A DNA stretch of 64,000 nt from Leidyana gryllorum EB-2025a (GCA_048772705.1 JBLWGC010000173.1:186001-250000); one strand, 5' to 3'; counted from the first letter of the stretch, positions 15,345-29,428 are shown. Notes: generated by a model not told the origin, from the letters alone. Numbers and translations are program-made.

Positions 15345-16925
15345 TTAAAGGCGTCTACAAGTACGATCCTCGAGAATGCCTTGGTAGAATCCAGAACCAT
15401 TCACATTGAGACGGGCGGCGGGTGCCGACGGCGGAGGCGAATGCACTGATAGAGGTTGTGGAGGAGGGGGGGATACAACGGAAGTATTGCCACCCGCGTT
15501 TTCAATTCGGCCTTTCCGGCGCGAGCGTCTTTTGGCCTTAGGGTGGCTGTAGTGGCAGAAGACGCACTTCAATCCATTTTGGCAGCCTTGACGGCCACTG
15601 TTAAAGATACAGTTCCGGCATGATTCTGATGGACAACCGACATCAACCGCGAGTTGGAATGGAGGAGGGGGAAGGATAAGAATTACAATCAACGACAGCT
15701 GGGGGACCACCACAACATCCAACAACTGGGATTGGGGCTCCACTCGCCGACTTAACGTCGTCATGAAGGACTTACGAGACCAGTGGAGTATCGAGCCCAC
15801 TGACAGAATCTCATTATCAGGGCCCCTAGGCAAGATCTCCATTAGAGCGGGGGGGATGGAGTCAACCGCATTTCCGGATTGATCCAACTGCAGTCTCAGA
15901 GCTTCCAATAGCGAAGACAACTTAGCCTCGCGCTGCGGCGTTCCCGATTTGGCACCGTCTTCACTAGAACCTAAGGAGTCCGTCCCCCCTCTAGGCACTT
16001 CATTGGGCGTCCAAGCACCATTTACATGCCTCCTCGGCGTGTCTGTTTCTTCGTGACATACACCTGAGGGCGTCTGTAGGGGCCTAGATTGCCGTGCCTG
16101 GTCGAAGACCTCAGTAAAACTATATAGGCTTGTATCATCGGAGCATGTTTGCAGGCGACTCAATAGGCCAGAACGTCGGTGGTTGGGCCAGGCTGCAAAA
16201 TAAGGCATACGTGCAGACACAGAAGCATCCACACAAGTGTCAGCACGCAGTCAGTGGTTACTCAGATGAAGGTGCAATCCTGAATCAACACGCGATAACA
16301 GCCCATCTCGGAAAGCTGCTTCCGGTCACCTCACACAAATTCTGATTCGCACAAGTCGGATTTCGTGCTTACTTTCCAGTGAAGAATTCGGTGGAGCCGT
16401 ATTCCAAAAGTCGCTGGCTGCCAGAGAAAGATCCGACGAACCTGTGGAACAGTTGTTTAGCCAGAATGCCTCTTCAAAAAAGGGCTTTTGCAGTGTGTGT
16501 GGTGTGTGTGATGGGTAAGTCAACGTCAGATCAACCGGCGACAGATAATCTGTCCTTGTGAGCTGGTCAAATAGACAGCCGCGGTCAGGCAACGGTTGAG
16601 ACAGACACCCAGTGGTATGTGCTTGTGAGTGTGAAGTGAATGTGTGAAGTTGCGGTAGTGAAAGAGGTTGCAAAAGTGAATGTGTTAGTGAATGTGCTTG
16701 AGCAGGCTCGTTACCGTGTGCAAGCCCGACGAAGGGGGACGTTGCCCCTCCGGTCGAATTCAGTCTGGATATTAACGACGAAGCCACTGCCGAAATGATG
16801 GCCGCATCTAGGACATCGGTGTCTTTCCCCGTCTCTCCAAAAGTTGCAGCTCTGTTGATCCCAACGGAAGAATTGATGACAGGATTGGGCAGCGTGATGG
16901 CACGATTTGGTGATTTCGGGTCCAT
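15345..16925 (-). CDS. Low-complexity protein with an alveolate-type CCCH zinc finger (multi-exon)
   Basis: LSVGSILH (intron) CRNCIFNSGRQGCQNGLKCVFCHYSH followed by a basic tail; joining to the upstream ORF starting MDPKSP is inferred. Confidence 0.6.
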
Positions 16926-17147
16926 GCTTGGTTCAGGAAAGAAAATACGTATAGACGACCGCTGCAGATTTGGCCAAGAAGAACCGTCTGACCTCGCCGC
17001 CCGTCCACGCACTTGTCGAAATCGACGGTCACGGCAGCGGAGATATGATTGAGATGATCAGAAAAAAAACAAGGTCACCCCGCAACCCTCCTCTCCTCCG
17101 TACCGAAGCCGCATGTGCGGCGCCAGATGCAATGAGAATAAGCTCCG

Positions 17148-18305
17148 ATGGATAATTTGACCTGGCTAATATGGAAGCTTTGGCTTGCCATCAAACACTT
17201 CCTCTACTGGCTTTACACGCCGGCTCCCCAACAAGACGAGTGCATCAACCACTGGACTGTCATCGCCTGTTCCTTCTTTCCTTGTGACTGCCGACATTGC
17301 CGCCTTATGGCCAGCTTGGACAGGATCCGTAGCCGGACAGATCTGTCCATGCGCCCACCTGACATGACTAAAAGCCGTACCTACACCAGTCTGCATCTCG
17401 AGCGTCTATGTGCCAACTCTGATTTTCTGCTCGGCATTCCCCGCACAGCCGATCCTCATAGTCTCTTCCAACTGAGTCCTGCCTGTAAGCCCACACGGAT
17501 ACTGTGATCTGACTGAAATGTTTGGTATATGTCCCAAGGCTCTACGCATCCGAATTGGCGAAATCGATCGACGCGATTCGGTGGCACATATCAGAGCTTT
17601 CTGAGTTCCGTGCGAGTCGTGGAGTACCAGCCGGGCAAAGGTCCCCCCCCGTTACTCCCAATAAGTATTCCCATCAATGCCCTTCAAAAAATGGCTCAGG
17701 TTGATGCATGTCGAGATCTGTTGGCTGGTCGCCGGATGCATCGCTCTTTCGAGGGCGCCGTCCGTACTGCTGATTGGCACCCTTCCCAGACCATCTCGGA
17801 AATTGACCCGGGAGAAGGCTCTCCAAGCGTCACCAGAGATAGTCACGAGTCGGAGACACGGTCTCGCAAACGGCGCTTGTCACATCGAAGGCGAAACTCG
17901 GAAGACTCCAGTAGTCACCGCTACACAAGTGTCTTAATGTCTGTCGCTTTGGCGAAAGAACGAGGTGACATCAAACCGCGGAGGTACAATTGGAGGGGCC
18001 GGAAGCCACCCATGCAACCCGGCACCACCCTAGAACTAATGCGTAAGCGAGAAAGGTTCCTACCGGACACAAACACACACACACACACACATTTATATAC
18101 ATATATACACACACACACACACACACCGCTGATGAATGTAATACCACCACCACCACCACCGCCACCTGTTGAGCTCCGACCAATCACCCCACCGTCTTAC
18201 CGCCAACCTTTTCTGTTCCCTCCCTCTGACAGTGGGTTTTTGACTGGGCAGACGTCATGCGTGAAGGAGATCAAGATAATGCCTATCGCCGAATCGCTCA
18301 ACTGA
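17148..18305 (+). CDS. Hypothetical exons, possibly the 5' part of the downstream transporter gene
   Basis: Successive + ORFs; I could not resolve an in-phase splice into 18233, so linkage is uncertain. Confidence 0.4.
18068..18125. repeat. Compound (CA)n/(TA)n microsatellite
   Basis: Seen directly. Confidence 0.9.
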
Positions 18306-21300
18306 TTCCGGCCGAGATATCGGCGTTGGTGGAGCGATCGGAGTTGGATGAAGTTATATTGCCCCATAAGCAGCTTCCTACGGGCGGGCAGTTGACAGAG
18401 TCGTCAAGAACTATGCGGGCTGGATCGGGCGGTGATTTGAACAGCAAGGCCGGTCGCGCTGCCAAACAACGGCGGCGAGCGTCGCATCTTTTTACGACTG
18501 GTCTATGGTCTCGTATGCCCTCTCCCAGCCGTGACCATATGCGTTTCACCAATCTCGCTGGGATTCGGTCAATGGAAGTCACTCCTGTGGAGGAGTGCGA
18601 CGAAGAAGAGGCGGAGGACGAGGATGACACCAACAATGCCGACGACGAGGATGAGGACGACGAAGCAGAGGAGCGACACCTAGTCAGAGAACGGTTAAGC
18701 AGACAACTGGGCTTACGGAGAAGTTTGGAGGATGCGGACTTTCGAAGGAGTCTGCGTGCGCTTCCGGGTTATTCTCCGAACGTGGTGCCCGGGAATGCGG
18801 TCGAGGAAGAGCCACCGTCCAGTACTGATGCGTCCATGTCGAGCTCCAGACAGGAATTGGGTGATCTTTCCGAAGTGCGTCTCCAAGTAGGATATGCTCA
18901 AGAGGGAGCTGGCCATGTTATCATTCCCATCAAATCCTGTTCTGGCTCCGGTGGCAGCTACTTGGCGTCATCAACACTTCGGAGCTTGAGGCCCAATAGT
19001 CTCAATTTGTTTACAGACGAAGAGTCTCCTACTTGGCAGACCACAAGACGCTCCTTGGGCTTGAGTGATGGTCTATCGAGTACAGTCAATGCGGATCGCC
19101 GGTCAAGCATCACGAGCTCCTTCCGACCCGCCGATCCGCTCCCTCTGAGATATAACGAGTCGGTCGCGCTGACCATCTCAACGAGTGCGGATTACCGGCA
19201 AGAAACTCTCTCTTTCCGTGCCTCCGAAGTGCACAGAGGTCCACAGAACATACGTCCCCCGTGGACGCCTGAGCTGGGGAACTTTTCTGAGCGCGACAGT
19301 GGCACAGAGGAACCGTCAGTCTGTTCACCGGCAGCCACAAAAGGGCGCCGATCTCATCATCACACTAATGACCTTCATTTGCGGCATCATAGTATGTGTA
19401 ACACGGATGATCAAGTACCACCCCAACCAACACTCCCGCCACCTCCCAAAGAGGAACAACACGCACCGAGGAAGCCACCTGGGGAGCCCTACAGGTCCAG
19501 AAGGCATTACTGGGCGAAATCGCGGGTTCATTTTGTTCTCTCCTATTTTGTCATAAACAACAATCTGACTCGACTCATTCTGTAAGTGAGCCCCACCGAT
19601 CGATCTATTTCGATTTTTAACTTTGAATACTTTGAGCGGCTCTGTGACTCCCACGCTTCAGATTACCACTCGCCCTCTATCGTCACGGAGGCGTCGCTTT
19701 CGTCTGCATTTATTGTCTTCTACATTTACTTATCGGTGCCCCTCTAATTGCCCTGCATCTCTCGATGTCCCAGGTATGACTTGATCGAGATTTATCGGGC
19801 CGCGCGCATTTCTTGGTCGATTTCAGATTCTGCAGGTTGGCTTCGTCGAGGCGATGAACGGACTGCATAAACGATTGCGCCCATTCACTATTTTTCTCTT
19901 GTTGGTGCAGCCCATCTGCAGAGAAGCATTTGAGATAAGTGCGTGCCAAGCTGATTCAGTCCTCCTAATGGAAACTCTAACGCAGCGCAGACGTCCTGTT
20001 TGACCTCGTTGTGTCCATCAGAGGCTCGGGAGGCGCCCAAGCGCAGCTCGTTCCCGAAGAATGCTATGACATATGTCTACATGCCGTCCTAAATGACGAC
20101 TCTTGTACTTTTGTTGAAAATATCTGGCAGTCCGATGCTCTCCGATCGCTGCGAGATAAATGCCAGACCCACCAAATGGGGTGGTGTCAAGTCCAATTAC
20201 AACAAGAGGACAATCTCCTCCACGAGGAAGACGTTCTCGCCCCACAAGACATCAAACTTCGCCGCAAACTCTGTAGGATACTCGAGCCCGAAGTTTTCTG
20301 TCGTGGGGAAGAAGGATCGGGTGTCAACTGCGCGACAGATTTCGTTGCCATCGTGAGTCGTAATTCGGCCAACGACATACACTCACACTTCCATTCCTCG
20401 CCCCCCTCCAATGACGATCGGTGACTGACGTCCCGTGGCGGCCCTGTGGCGCGACATACCATCAACAATCCGCAGGGGAAAGGGATCGCGCATTGGCATC
20501 AGGAGATGAGCACCAAGACTCAGTGGTTCGCATTCGCGCTCATGTTGATCGTTCGCCAAGTCGGTGTCATCATCGCCCGTGAAAAGGGACGGGCTCCCCG
20601 CCCACTGCAGGATGGCCTGAACCGTAAGCACCCAGACTTCTCACCCATCACGATGCTCTGTACCCAGTCAAAGCAGCCGTGCTGAGTGTGACGCTGATCC
20701 TCTATTGCATATTGACTTGTCTGCACTCGGATCTGTCTCAAGTGTCGCAGGGCATGCAAAACGTCTGTGAGAATCACTCGTGTCACCTAATGTGTGTCTT
20801 AGTACAGGGCGCAAATTGGCACCTCTTCCTCGACGTCCAGAGTTACAAGCGGGCCGGCTTGTTGGTACTCTCGTCCCTCTCGGCAACCTTTCCAGTCGTC
20901 GGAACACTGGGTGCTTCCAATGGGTAAACAACCTTTCTCTCCCACGTTGATACATCCTCCACCACGATAGACCACAGTCTCGAGTAACCCTTCTGGCACT
21001 GGGGACGTCTTTGGCTGACATCATCCAAGTCGCTGTTGCGTAGTGAGTATCCCTTCGACACCGATGGTGTCGATCCGCCATTCTTCAGCTTCTTTTTTGC
21101 TGCAATGGGGACGCGGTACGCTCTTATACGGGCGCAAGAGATGTTGGCACATCCTTCGAGACTAGACCCGCTTCCCTACGACATAGAGCTGGCCAGAACA
21201 TGGCCGATCGCCTTCCCATTCTGGAAATTCGGGGTGGTAAGACTGTCCTCTGATTGATTGTGGCCCATCAGTGCTTCTCAGCTGTGTGTGTGGACCTTCA

Positions 21301-23746
21301 TTGCCGTGGCTGCTGCTCTGAGCTTCTGGCATCTCACATATGTCATGGAGATTATGGTGGGCCAACTGCGAGTAGCCAGGGGGACACATCGACTCTCACA
21401 CATCGCCCTCGCCACCATCGTGAGCAGTATTATGATCGGCTCTTCGGTGCTGTTCAGAATGGATTTTGCTGTAAGATCTGACAGTTCACTAATGTTCCAA
21501 AGCACACACGTGTGTCCTCGACAGAATCGGCATATCACCGAAATGTTCGGCGCTTGGGGGATAGTAGGGCGGACAGTGACAGCTTTCTATATCCTAGCAG
21601 TGAGTGACGCGGTAACATAATGTTGCACTGCAAGACGCGTCAGATCTGCACACTTCCTCAATGGAGGGCGTCCGCCAAATATGTTGGGCATAGTACCGCC
21701 ATTTGGTACATCCTTGCTCTTCCAATTTCGTCGGCCGCAATGTTGGCTGACTTTGATGGGCCGCACCTAATCACCACTCACCCACTGCGCTGGACTCACA
21801 TCAGTCTGTTTCTCATTGCACAATCGATAGCAGTGGCTGGGATGTGCGGTAAGCTATGGGATCATGACTTTTTCAGATCTGATTGTCTTTCTGGTGGTCA
21901 GTGTGGGCGATCTACAGGTTCAGTCGGCACAGCAGACGGACATCAAAGAGGGAACTTCAAGATTTGGGAACAATTTACAGCTTGAATTTTCTACAACAAT
22001 CTCGATCTGGTGCGACGATCTTACCAGTCTCGTAAGTCACCTGCGTCACTTTTGGGCAATTTGTTACTGTTATGCACAGGTTCGGTGCTCGAACGCTGTC
22101 ACCTGGGTACTTATCGGCTCCTGATGGAGTGTCGGAGCCGACAATTCGGTCTGAGGTGTCAGCCATCGGGTCCATTCCCGCCATCCCCGAGCCTCCAGCA
22201 CCTCCTTTGCCACGAGGGGCTACGCATTTGAGATTCACGTTGCCAGAGCCTTCCTCGTCGTCTGTGGAAAGTGCCCAATCTGTTGCAAGAGAGGTGTTGC
22301 CAGCTACCAGACGCGATGAGCTGTCTCTGGGGACTCGCGAGGTGTCGTTTGGAGGGGTGACGTTACGAGAAGTGTCCATCGCATCGACTGAGAAGACTTT
22401 TGCGTCAGTTACGACACCTTCAACCAAAGCTCTGTCGATCAGAAGCAGAGCGACACAAATGATAGCAACTGGAGCGGTGAGTAGTGGGGGTGGCGGTTTT
22501 TGTCAGAGTCATATTGCAGCCGGCGGTGTTATTACCGATCCAGATGGCGTTGTTGGGTGGTTTGAATGTATTACGGATATCGCTCAAGACGATTGTCGAA
22601 GCGGATTTGGATTCGACAAATCCTATGCGGTTGCTGTTGCCATCGAAGTCCTTTGTGAGAGAGTTGAACTCTCAAGCTCGAACGCGTCGGACGCCTTCCG
22701 AACCGAGCCGAGCCAATGTGTCCATCTCCGAAGCTCCCATTGGAGGTAGCCAATCCTCTCGTCGTCTTCGGCAGTCAGCTGAGCGGAGCGGAGGGGGGCT
22801 GGATTCGACTACGACCACTGGAGAGTTCCGACAGGCGTCTGGAACTGCGTATACTCGTGCATCTGCGCGACGGCAGACAAGTTTGTACACTCGAACTCCG
22901 AATATTAGCTATACGGCACGGGCGCGGCGGGTTTTACGGCACAGTCAGGGAAGGTCGGGTTCATCGAGCAGTTCCCGAGCGAGTGACGGCGTTGGATCTG
23001 AGGACGGGCATAATAGTGATGAGTCGACTACTACCGATTCTTCCAACACACATTTGCGACGTCTATCTGAGAAGAGTTTGCGTTGTCCCAACCCTAATTT
23101 GTTCTCAGACCCGTTTACACACTTTGATTGGCCGGCCACCAGCGCCCAATTGAGTTCTGCGTTGAATAATGATCGGCCGGTGTATACAACGGCCAAGAAT
23201 TTCTCCTTGTCGTATGTGGCTATGTGGTGGATGCGATTACTGTTGCCACCGGTGGTTGCGGCTCTCTCCCTACCGGAGATAATGTTCGCCGTTTACAGCC
23301 AATTTAACCCGGAAGCGACCCTTGTTGAATATACCGGGATCGGCGAACACTGGTTTCTGGATAAGTGGTTGGTGACAGAGCCGCGGTCTCTGAGCAGTAA
23401 GTGGTGTAATGTGATGTTCAACGTCAAAAGTTGATTCGAGGTCTGAGTCGGATCATGGCGGGGTCACTGATTATTGGAGTGATCTGTTTGGTGGTGTTTC
23501 CCAGAGTGAGCAGCGCGGGCGCGGGGGTGGGGCGAAGAATGGTGCTAACTTAACTACGGAATTAATTTTCAGGTACTATCGGTGTTCCTCAGTTCGAATC
23601 GGCGGACGTTCGCCGTGGTCACATCGGTGCGAGAACGTGTGCCTGTGCAGCCTCCAACCAATTCTGTTATGTTTTCGAGTTTGAGGCGCCTCGATCACGC
23701 AGAGGCAGTGCGAGTGCGGGGCGCTCTGCCCTCCGTCGCAGGTTAG
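18257..23746 (+). CDS. Highly divergent SLC6/neurotransmitter:sodium symporter (NSS)-like transporter with long low-complexity N-terminus and loops (many exons)
   Basis: Spliced translation gives RHYWAKSRVHFVLSYF (TM1 region), LPLALYRHGGVAFVCIYCLLHLLIGAPLIALHLSMSQ (cf. NSS FPY..Y.NGGGAF...Y......G.PL...E...GQ), GLHKRLRPF, GANWHLFLDVQSYKRAGLLVLSSLS (TM6), SQLCVWTFIAVAAALSFWHLTYVMEIM (TM8), WWMRLLLPP and a final TM; stop TAG 23744-23746. Confidence 0.7.
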
Positions 23747-23805
23747 CTCTCTCTTTTATCTTTTCCGATCCATGATCGATTATTCAATGAGAACAATCGG
23801 CACTA

Positions 23806-25176
23806 TTATTGACGCTCCTTCTCTGGTGAAGGTGAGGCCTCATCTTCTGCTTCTGGCTCTGCTTCTTGTTTTTGTTGCTGCTGCTGTTGGTGGTGATTAG
23901 ACGACGACGAGGTCTCCTCATGCAGGTGGTGGCCGGAGTGAGTGTCATTATTAGCATTATTAGCGTGGGCCGTCTGAGTAGCAGGAGCCATCAACTCGCA
24001 ATGTATACTGTCGCCAATCTCGAAACCGTACGACACCAAATGTCGCCGGTCCAATGCACTCTGATATGAACTGCTCAGCACGCCCAACTCGGTCGTTCGG
24101 GCCACATCTAAATTGTGAAATGTGATCACTCACGCAAACAGACACTCACTGCGTCGGGTCTCGTGAACCACGAGCTTCAGCTTTAACTTGGCTGTTGGGG
24201 CCCGAGCTTCGGGCACCACATCCTTCACTAAGTTCACAACCTCTCGCAAACTGGAGTCCTTCCACGCGTATACATGAACTTCGTCTGGCGTCGGGTCATC
24301 GCCTTGGTCAGGGAGAGTAACAAATACTGGAAGGAGAAACGGACAGGTCCCTCGCCGGTTGACTGTCGGCACCGAGGTCCCACGTCGAGGGTTGTGGTGG
24401 ACTCCCTTTCGTTCGTCTCGGGCCCCCAAAGGCTTCCTCTGCGCCGGAGACACAACTCTGCGCAGTCGGCGGGCGGGGGGATCCATCATTGTCGACCCGG
24501 TAGTCGCTGGGCGCTTAATTCCCCGTCGACCGCTGCTGTTGTAAGGAGAAGGCGACTTTGGCATAGCTGGCCCTCCTCGACGATTGCCGTACGCCGCTGG
24601 GGAGGCCACAGGGGAATCTCGCGGCGACCTTCTTCGCTGCCGCTCGTCCACGGGCCCCGGCGAGTGGTACCGCCGCCGTAGCGGCGGAGACCGTTGCGGA
24701 CGGGGACGCGGCGAAACCATTCTCCGTCTGCCGCCTGGTCCTCCGCTCCTCGGCGGGGGCGACGCATTCCGTCGCCGCAACGTTTCAGCCGGCGGAGAAC
24801 GCCTTCTTCCGCCGCCATCCTCTCCGAGGGGAGGTGATTTGCCTCGACGGACACACGGCGAGTGACCTCTCCGCATTGCTGGAGACCTCATCCGAGGCGG
24901 TCTATCGTTCGGAAACCGCCGACCAGCCGGAGACATACCCCTACGGGGTGAATGTGGCTCGGGAGGGGGTCGTCTTCTCCTGTCATCACGCGTTGGTCGA
25001 AACGGTGAATCATTGTATTGCCGTCGGCTGCCTTCGAACGGAGAATCGGGTGGTGAGTAGTGACGATGTCGCGATGCACGCCCGTTCCAGTGATTGCTGT
25101 GAGGAGAGGAGTAACGTCTGTGGGGGGAGGGGGACCGACCGCCGCGTGGGGACGGGGTAGAGGAGGGGGAACGCAT
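23806..25176 (-). CDS. SAP18: SAP18 domain protein with a long Arg/Ser/Pro-rich N-terminal extension
   Basis: VNRRGTCPFLLPVF..EVHVYAWKDSSLREVVNLVKDV.PEAR, then ELGVL..D..L...GFEIGDSI in exon 2. Confidence 0.85.
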
Positions 25177-25223
25177 CTTCGGCAAAAAATTCGCCTTTAT
25201 GGCATACTAAGCATCGTCAATCC

Positions 25224-26279
25224 ATGGCTGACCATCGGGTCAAGACATTATTGTTGGGAGACTCTGCTGTCGGCAAAACATGCCTACTTTGCCGTATATC
25301 TGAAAACCAGTTTGACAAGAGACATATGCCCACCATTGGAATTGATTTCAGGTACTCTGCTTCAAGAACTCGAGTCACAAACGACCCCCCACAGAGTGAA
25401 AACATTTCCAGTGGACGGGAATATGGTGAAGCTACAGATTTGGGACACTGCCGGCCAAGAGCGGTTCCACTATATTACTCGTTGTAGGGCTGCAATATCT
25501 TATGGATCCAATGTACTATTTCCTGTTTGTCTAAATAGCATATTATCGCGGAGCGATGGCTATCATTCTCGTATTCGATGTATCTAATCGGCTTAGTTTC
25601 CAGAGTGAGCACTGTCATTGCTGTGTAATTAGAAGCGGTCGTACCCTATTGCCGCCTTGCACAATAATTGTTACTCGCGCTTGTGTGGCCAGCAGCACCT
25701 CAAACGGGGCCTTATCCTTGTCATCGTCCGTGTCATCGTCCGTGTTATCGTCGTGTTTCCTCAGATATTAATAAGTGGTTAGAACAAATTAACTTGCACG
25801 GGGGTGGGTGCCATGCCTCTGTCGGCCCGGACACTTGTGATAATTGCATTGCAGAGCAGCACGTGACCAAGTTGATTGTCGGAAACAAAAACGACATGCC
25901 GGACACACGGGTGAGTGGCCTAGCCCATCCCTCCTCGGCTGTGTTGGAATAAATCAGTTCGCCCCGTAATTGCGCGGCAGTCCCAATGACACATTCTGCT
26001 TTGCTCGCCCCGCTCGGATCGATCGTTAATCAATCTCAATTACAGCGGGAAGTCACATATGAAGAGGCCGAACTCATGGCAGCAACGCACGGGATCAGTT
26101 ACATGGAAACGAGTGCGCTCACAGGTCAAGGCGTGACGGCCGCATTCGAAGCTGTGGCCCGCGAAGTGCTCAAAGTTTTAGTCAAAGCGGGCAAGCGGCC
26201 CCCACGACAGGGATATAAAGTTCAATTGTCCATCAATGATGTATTCGAAATGACCCCCAGAAAGTGGAAATGCTGCTGA
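25224..26279 (+). CDS. Rab GTPase, Rab8/Sec4/Rab1-like (multi-exon)
   Basis: GDSAVGKT, PTIGIDF, LQIWDTAGQERF, YYRGAM, GNKND, ETSA, C-terminal CC prenylation motif. Confidence 0.93.
25720..25757. repeat. ~12-bp tandem repeat (tgtcatcgtccg, about 3 copies) in a Rab intron
   Basis: Seen directly. Confidence 0.75.
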
Positions 26280-26332
26280 CAGACAAGGACGCACCTTGCT
26301 TACAAACAGCGCAGTGCTAGGAGAAGACAGTC

Positions 26333-28093
26333 ATGGAGTTCGGCAGCTATGCCGACGGTACCAATCTATACCTGGACACATCAGTGACCGCAGATTCCTT
26401 CTATGGCAGTGCAGGGGAGATCCAAGCTGTTGGAAGTGTGGATTGTAGCGGTTTGCCAACGTCCACTCCCTCGACCTCAGTTGGCATGTCTTTCATGGAA
26501 TCACTAGAAGCTGCGTTTCGTCAAGAGGGTCAATCATTGCTACCCGAAGAACCAACGAATGATTGGACAAATGGCGGGGCCGGTTTCGATATATACCAGT
26601 CACTCTTTTATGGTCAAGCGTTACCAGCACTTCCAGCGCCTGATGAAGTTTCAACCCCACCTACTGAGGTTGTAAAGCGGAAGGTAATTGGCGAATGTGT
26701 CTTACCATTTGACACAATGTTCCAATCTTCTCAGCCTCCTCGCAAACAAGGTGCCACCCGTCGCCGCCGTGAGGAGCCTCTGACAGATTATGATACTGTC
26801 GCTCAGCCAGTGACCCTTCAAGAAATTGACTACTGGGGTCTCCTTGAAGGCATCCCCAAAAAGGATGCCGAGGCCCCGCCAACTCCTCCTGTGAACCCGG
26901 ACCATTGTCGTGAGTCTCACCCCCCTCCCGCAGTGTGTGTATATAATTAACCCTCTTTTTGCAGCTGTGTGTCTGGCCCTGATTGGTCGAGGGTACGATC
27001 TACGACTGGGCGAGGCAGGACGGGCCCGGCTCAAGAAGGAGATCAGTCAGCGATTGAAGGACTCGGCAGAGCTGCGTGATATGTAAGTTGAGCACACATG
27101 GGGCGTGGGGAAAGGGATCTTGAGGAGCGGGCGACTGCCCTCACACATTTCAGTTTGTCAAACACACACCACTTGCTGCAGTTGTGTCACCAAAGTTTGC
27201 CGCCTGAAGAACGCTAACGTTTGGCAACTCATCCAGATGGCTGAGATCACAGGCTGTCTTGGACTGGTAAGACCGACCACTGGTCGCAAATGCTAACAAC
27301 TCTGTCATCTTAGGCTTTGAGAATCTCTGGTGCCTACTGGAAGGATTACAATCGGAAGCAAGGGAATGCAGCGGGCCCCAGTGGTGTTTGTCGCAAGACA
27401 CGTGTTCGCCGTGCCCTAGAGGACCCTCCAGAACCCCAGGACACTGGACTTGACCAGCACGAATTAGAGTTCTCCGACTCGCTCGAAGGCTCTCCTGCCC
27501 GCCAGCAGGAGAATCTGTGCCCGGAAAACAGTCAGCCGTCTGGTGCTGGTGGTCGCGGGAGCCCTCGAAAGCGTCGCTCGCGGTCTTCTGACACCGCGTG
27601 GCGTCCCAAAACTTCCCGTCTTCGCACGTCACAACTCCCGCGCCAACGTGAACGTCGCCGTAGCGTCGAGGAAGATGACGAACTCTTACGCCGCGTAATG
27701 CTTGAAAGTCTTGCGGACGCCTACCCCACAACCCCGTCTGCAGACCAATCTAACGTCGTCGAGGCCGCTCACGCCGCCCCAGATAGACTCTCACCAATTA
27801 CAATGACAAAGACCCCTCGCAATCGCAAAAAGGAGGAGATCTTCTCGATCCCTCCCATGATCAAGCAGGAACAGCTTCCTACTATCTCGACCACGGCCTC
27901 CGCCTCGACTAGTTTCCCGAAACGCCGTCGAAGTGGTGCTACTTCTCATTCAACAGGGTCTATCAAGAAACTCTCAGGCAAACGCCTTCAAGCTTGGGAA
28001 GAGAAGGATCCTTCTCACAGAAGAACATACACGGTGAGTCTGGGCGAATACTGCCTCACTATGTGTTGTGAGACGTCATGGCGGGTCGCCTGA
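26333..28093 (+). CDS. Hypothetical multi-exon protein with a central helical domain and a UIM-like motif
   Basis: Consecutive + exons; EEDDELLRRVMLESLAD resembles a ubiquitin-interacting motif; 3' end uncertain. Confidence 0.5.
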
Positions 28094-29428
28094 TAGTCAA
28101 TTTTTTCATGTATCGCTTTGCGCACAATTGTTTGACGTGACTTTCGTACATTTGGCCAAAAGCCATATGCTACTTTGATTTCAAATGGGTCTCTTGATGA
28201 CCGCTGGCGCAACATCACTTCAAAGGGAACTTCGAGAGAAGCGAAGCCCTTAGCCCGGAAGTCTGTCCATCCATCATGTAGTCATCTCCACGCCAACTTT
28301 TCCGTAACCCAGTCACCACCCACCATACATTTCTAGTCTGCTTGCAAACTAGCCTACACACACGTGTGCAACACGAATCGCAATCCGGTTGCTGCAGACA
28401 AACTTCCCAGTAGACATAACATCACGACATTGTATTCTCTAAAAACCTTTTTTTAATATCATAGTTCGATTCGTCACTCCATCGCTTATCACCATCTCGC
28501 CTTTTACTAGATGGTGCAGTGGAGGGACACATACGACTATTGTCTTTTTGGAGGGTCTCTGACCTGACATAGCCTCCGACTACGGAGAGGGCGGCGGCAT
28601 CATTCGAGCAGAAGACGGGAGATTCCAGCACCCCCCACTCGAGCCAAGACCAGACGCTACTATCTGGCCCTGATGTCTGATTGTTATGAGGACTACTAAA
28701 GGAAGGAACTATGAGAAACCGGAACTGAGGGTGCAAGTGTTCGTTATTGTTTGGAGTATAATAAAAGGGTGTAACATTCCCGCGTTCGATTAATCTTGGA
28801 GGTCGAGACGAGTCCGGTGTCTTTTGCGTGATGGCGTTCTGGGGTTTCTCCCCTTGTAGGTGAAGGGTCGGCCTATCAGAATGATTTGTTTGGGAGTTTG
28901 TGAGGATTTCGGGGTGTATGTTTCCTCTATTAATGTTTGTTCACGCGAAAGAGGTCCAGTGCAGTGTAATCATATTTATACACCGTTCCCGCGTCCGGTG
29001 TTGACGGGAGCGAGGGAATCCTGGTCTACTGCAATGTATGAGTACTCATCTGTGACTTGTATAGTCATTTCCATTGGATTCGTGATTGGTACTGGTCCAC
29101 TCCGCAGCGTTTGAATTCTTTCTAAGAATTCCTCAATCTCCTATGGGAGTGTTCGATGAGATGGGAGATCGAATTTGTTCGGTACTTCGGGATCCCCCTG
29201 CGGCCCAGTCCGAATGATCGATTCTTCCTCTATCTCCGTTGTTTTCTTTCCAGTGGCGTCTGTTTGGGTAGTATAAAGGACCGTCTCTTGTGAAGTGTCA
29301 ATGATCTCCTCTAACGGATCTATTCTGTTCTGTTGGGAGCCGCGAGTACTGGCTGTATCTATTGCCTCCCTACGGTCAGTCCTTCTTCGATGAAGTCTGA
29401 CCTTATGATCATTGGCATTGGTCCATTC

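Noticed and set aside
19710-21081. Several small independent ORFs on both strands
   Set aside because: Explained as exons, or antisense of exons, of the NSS-like transporter
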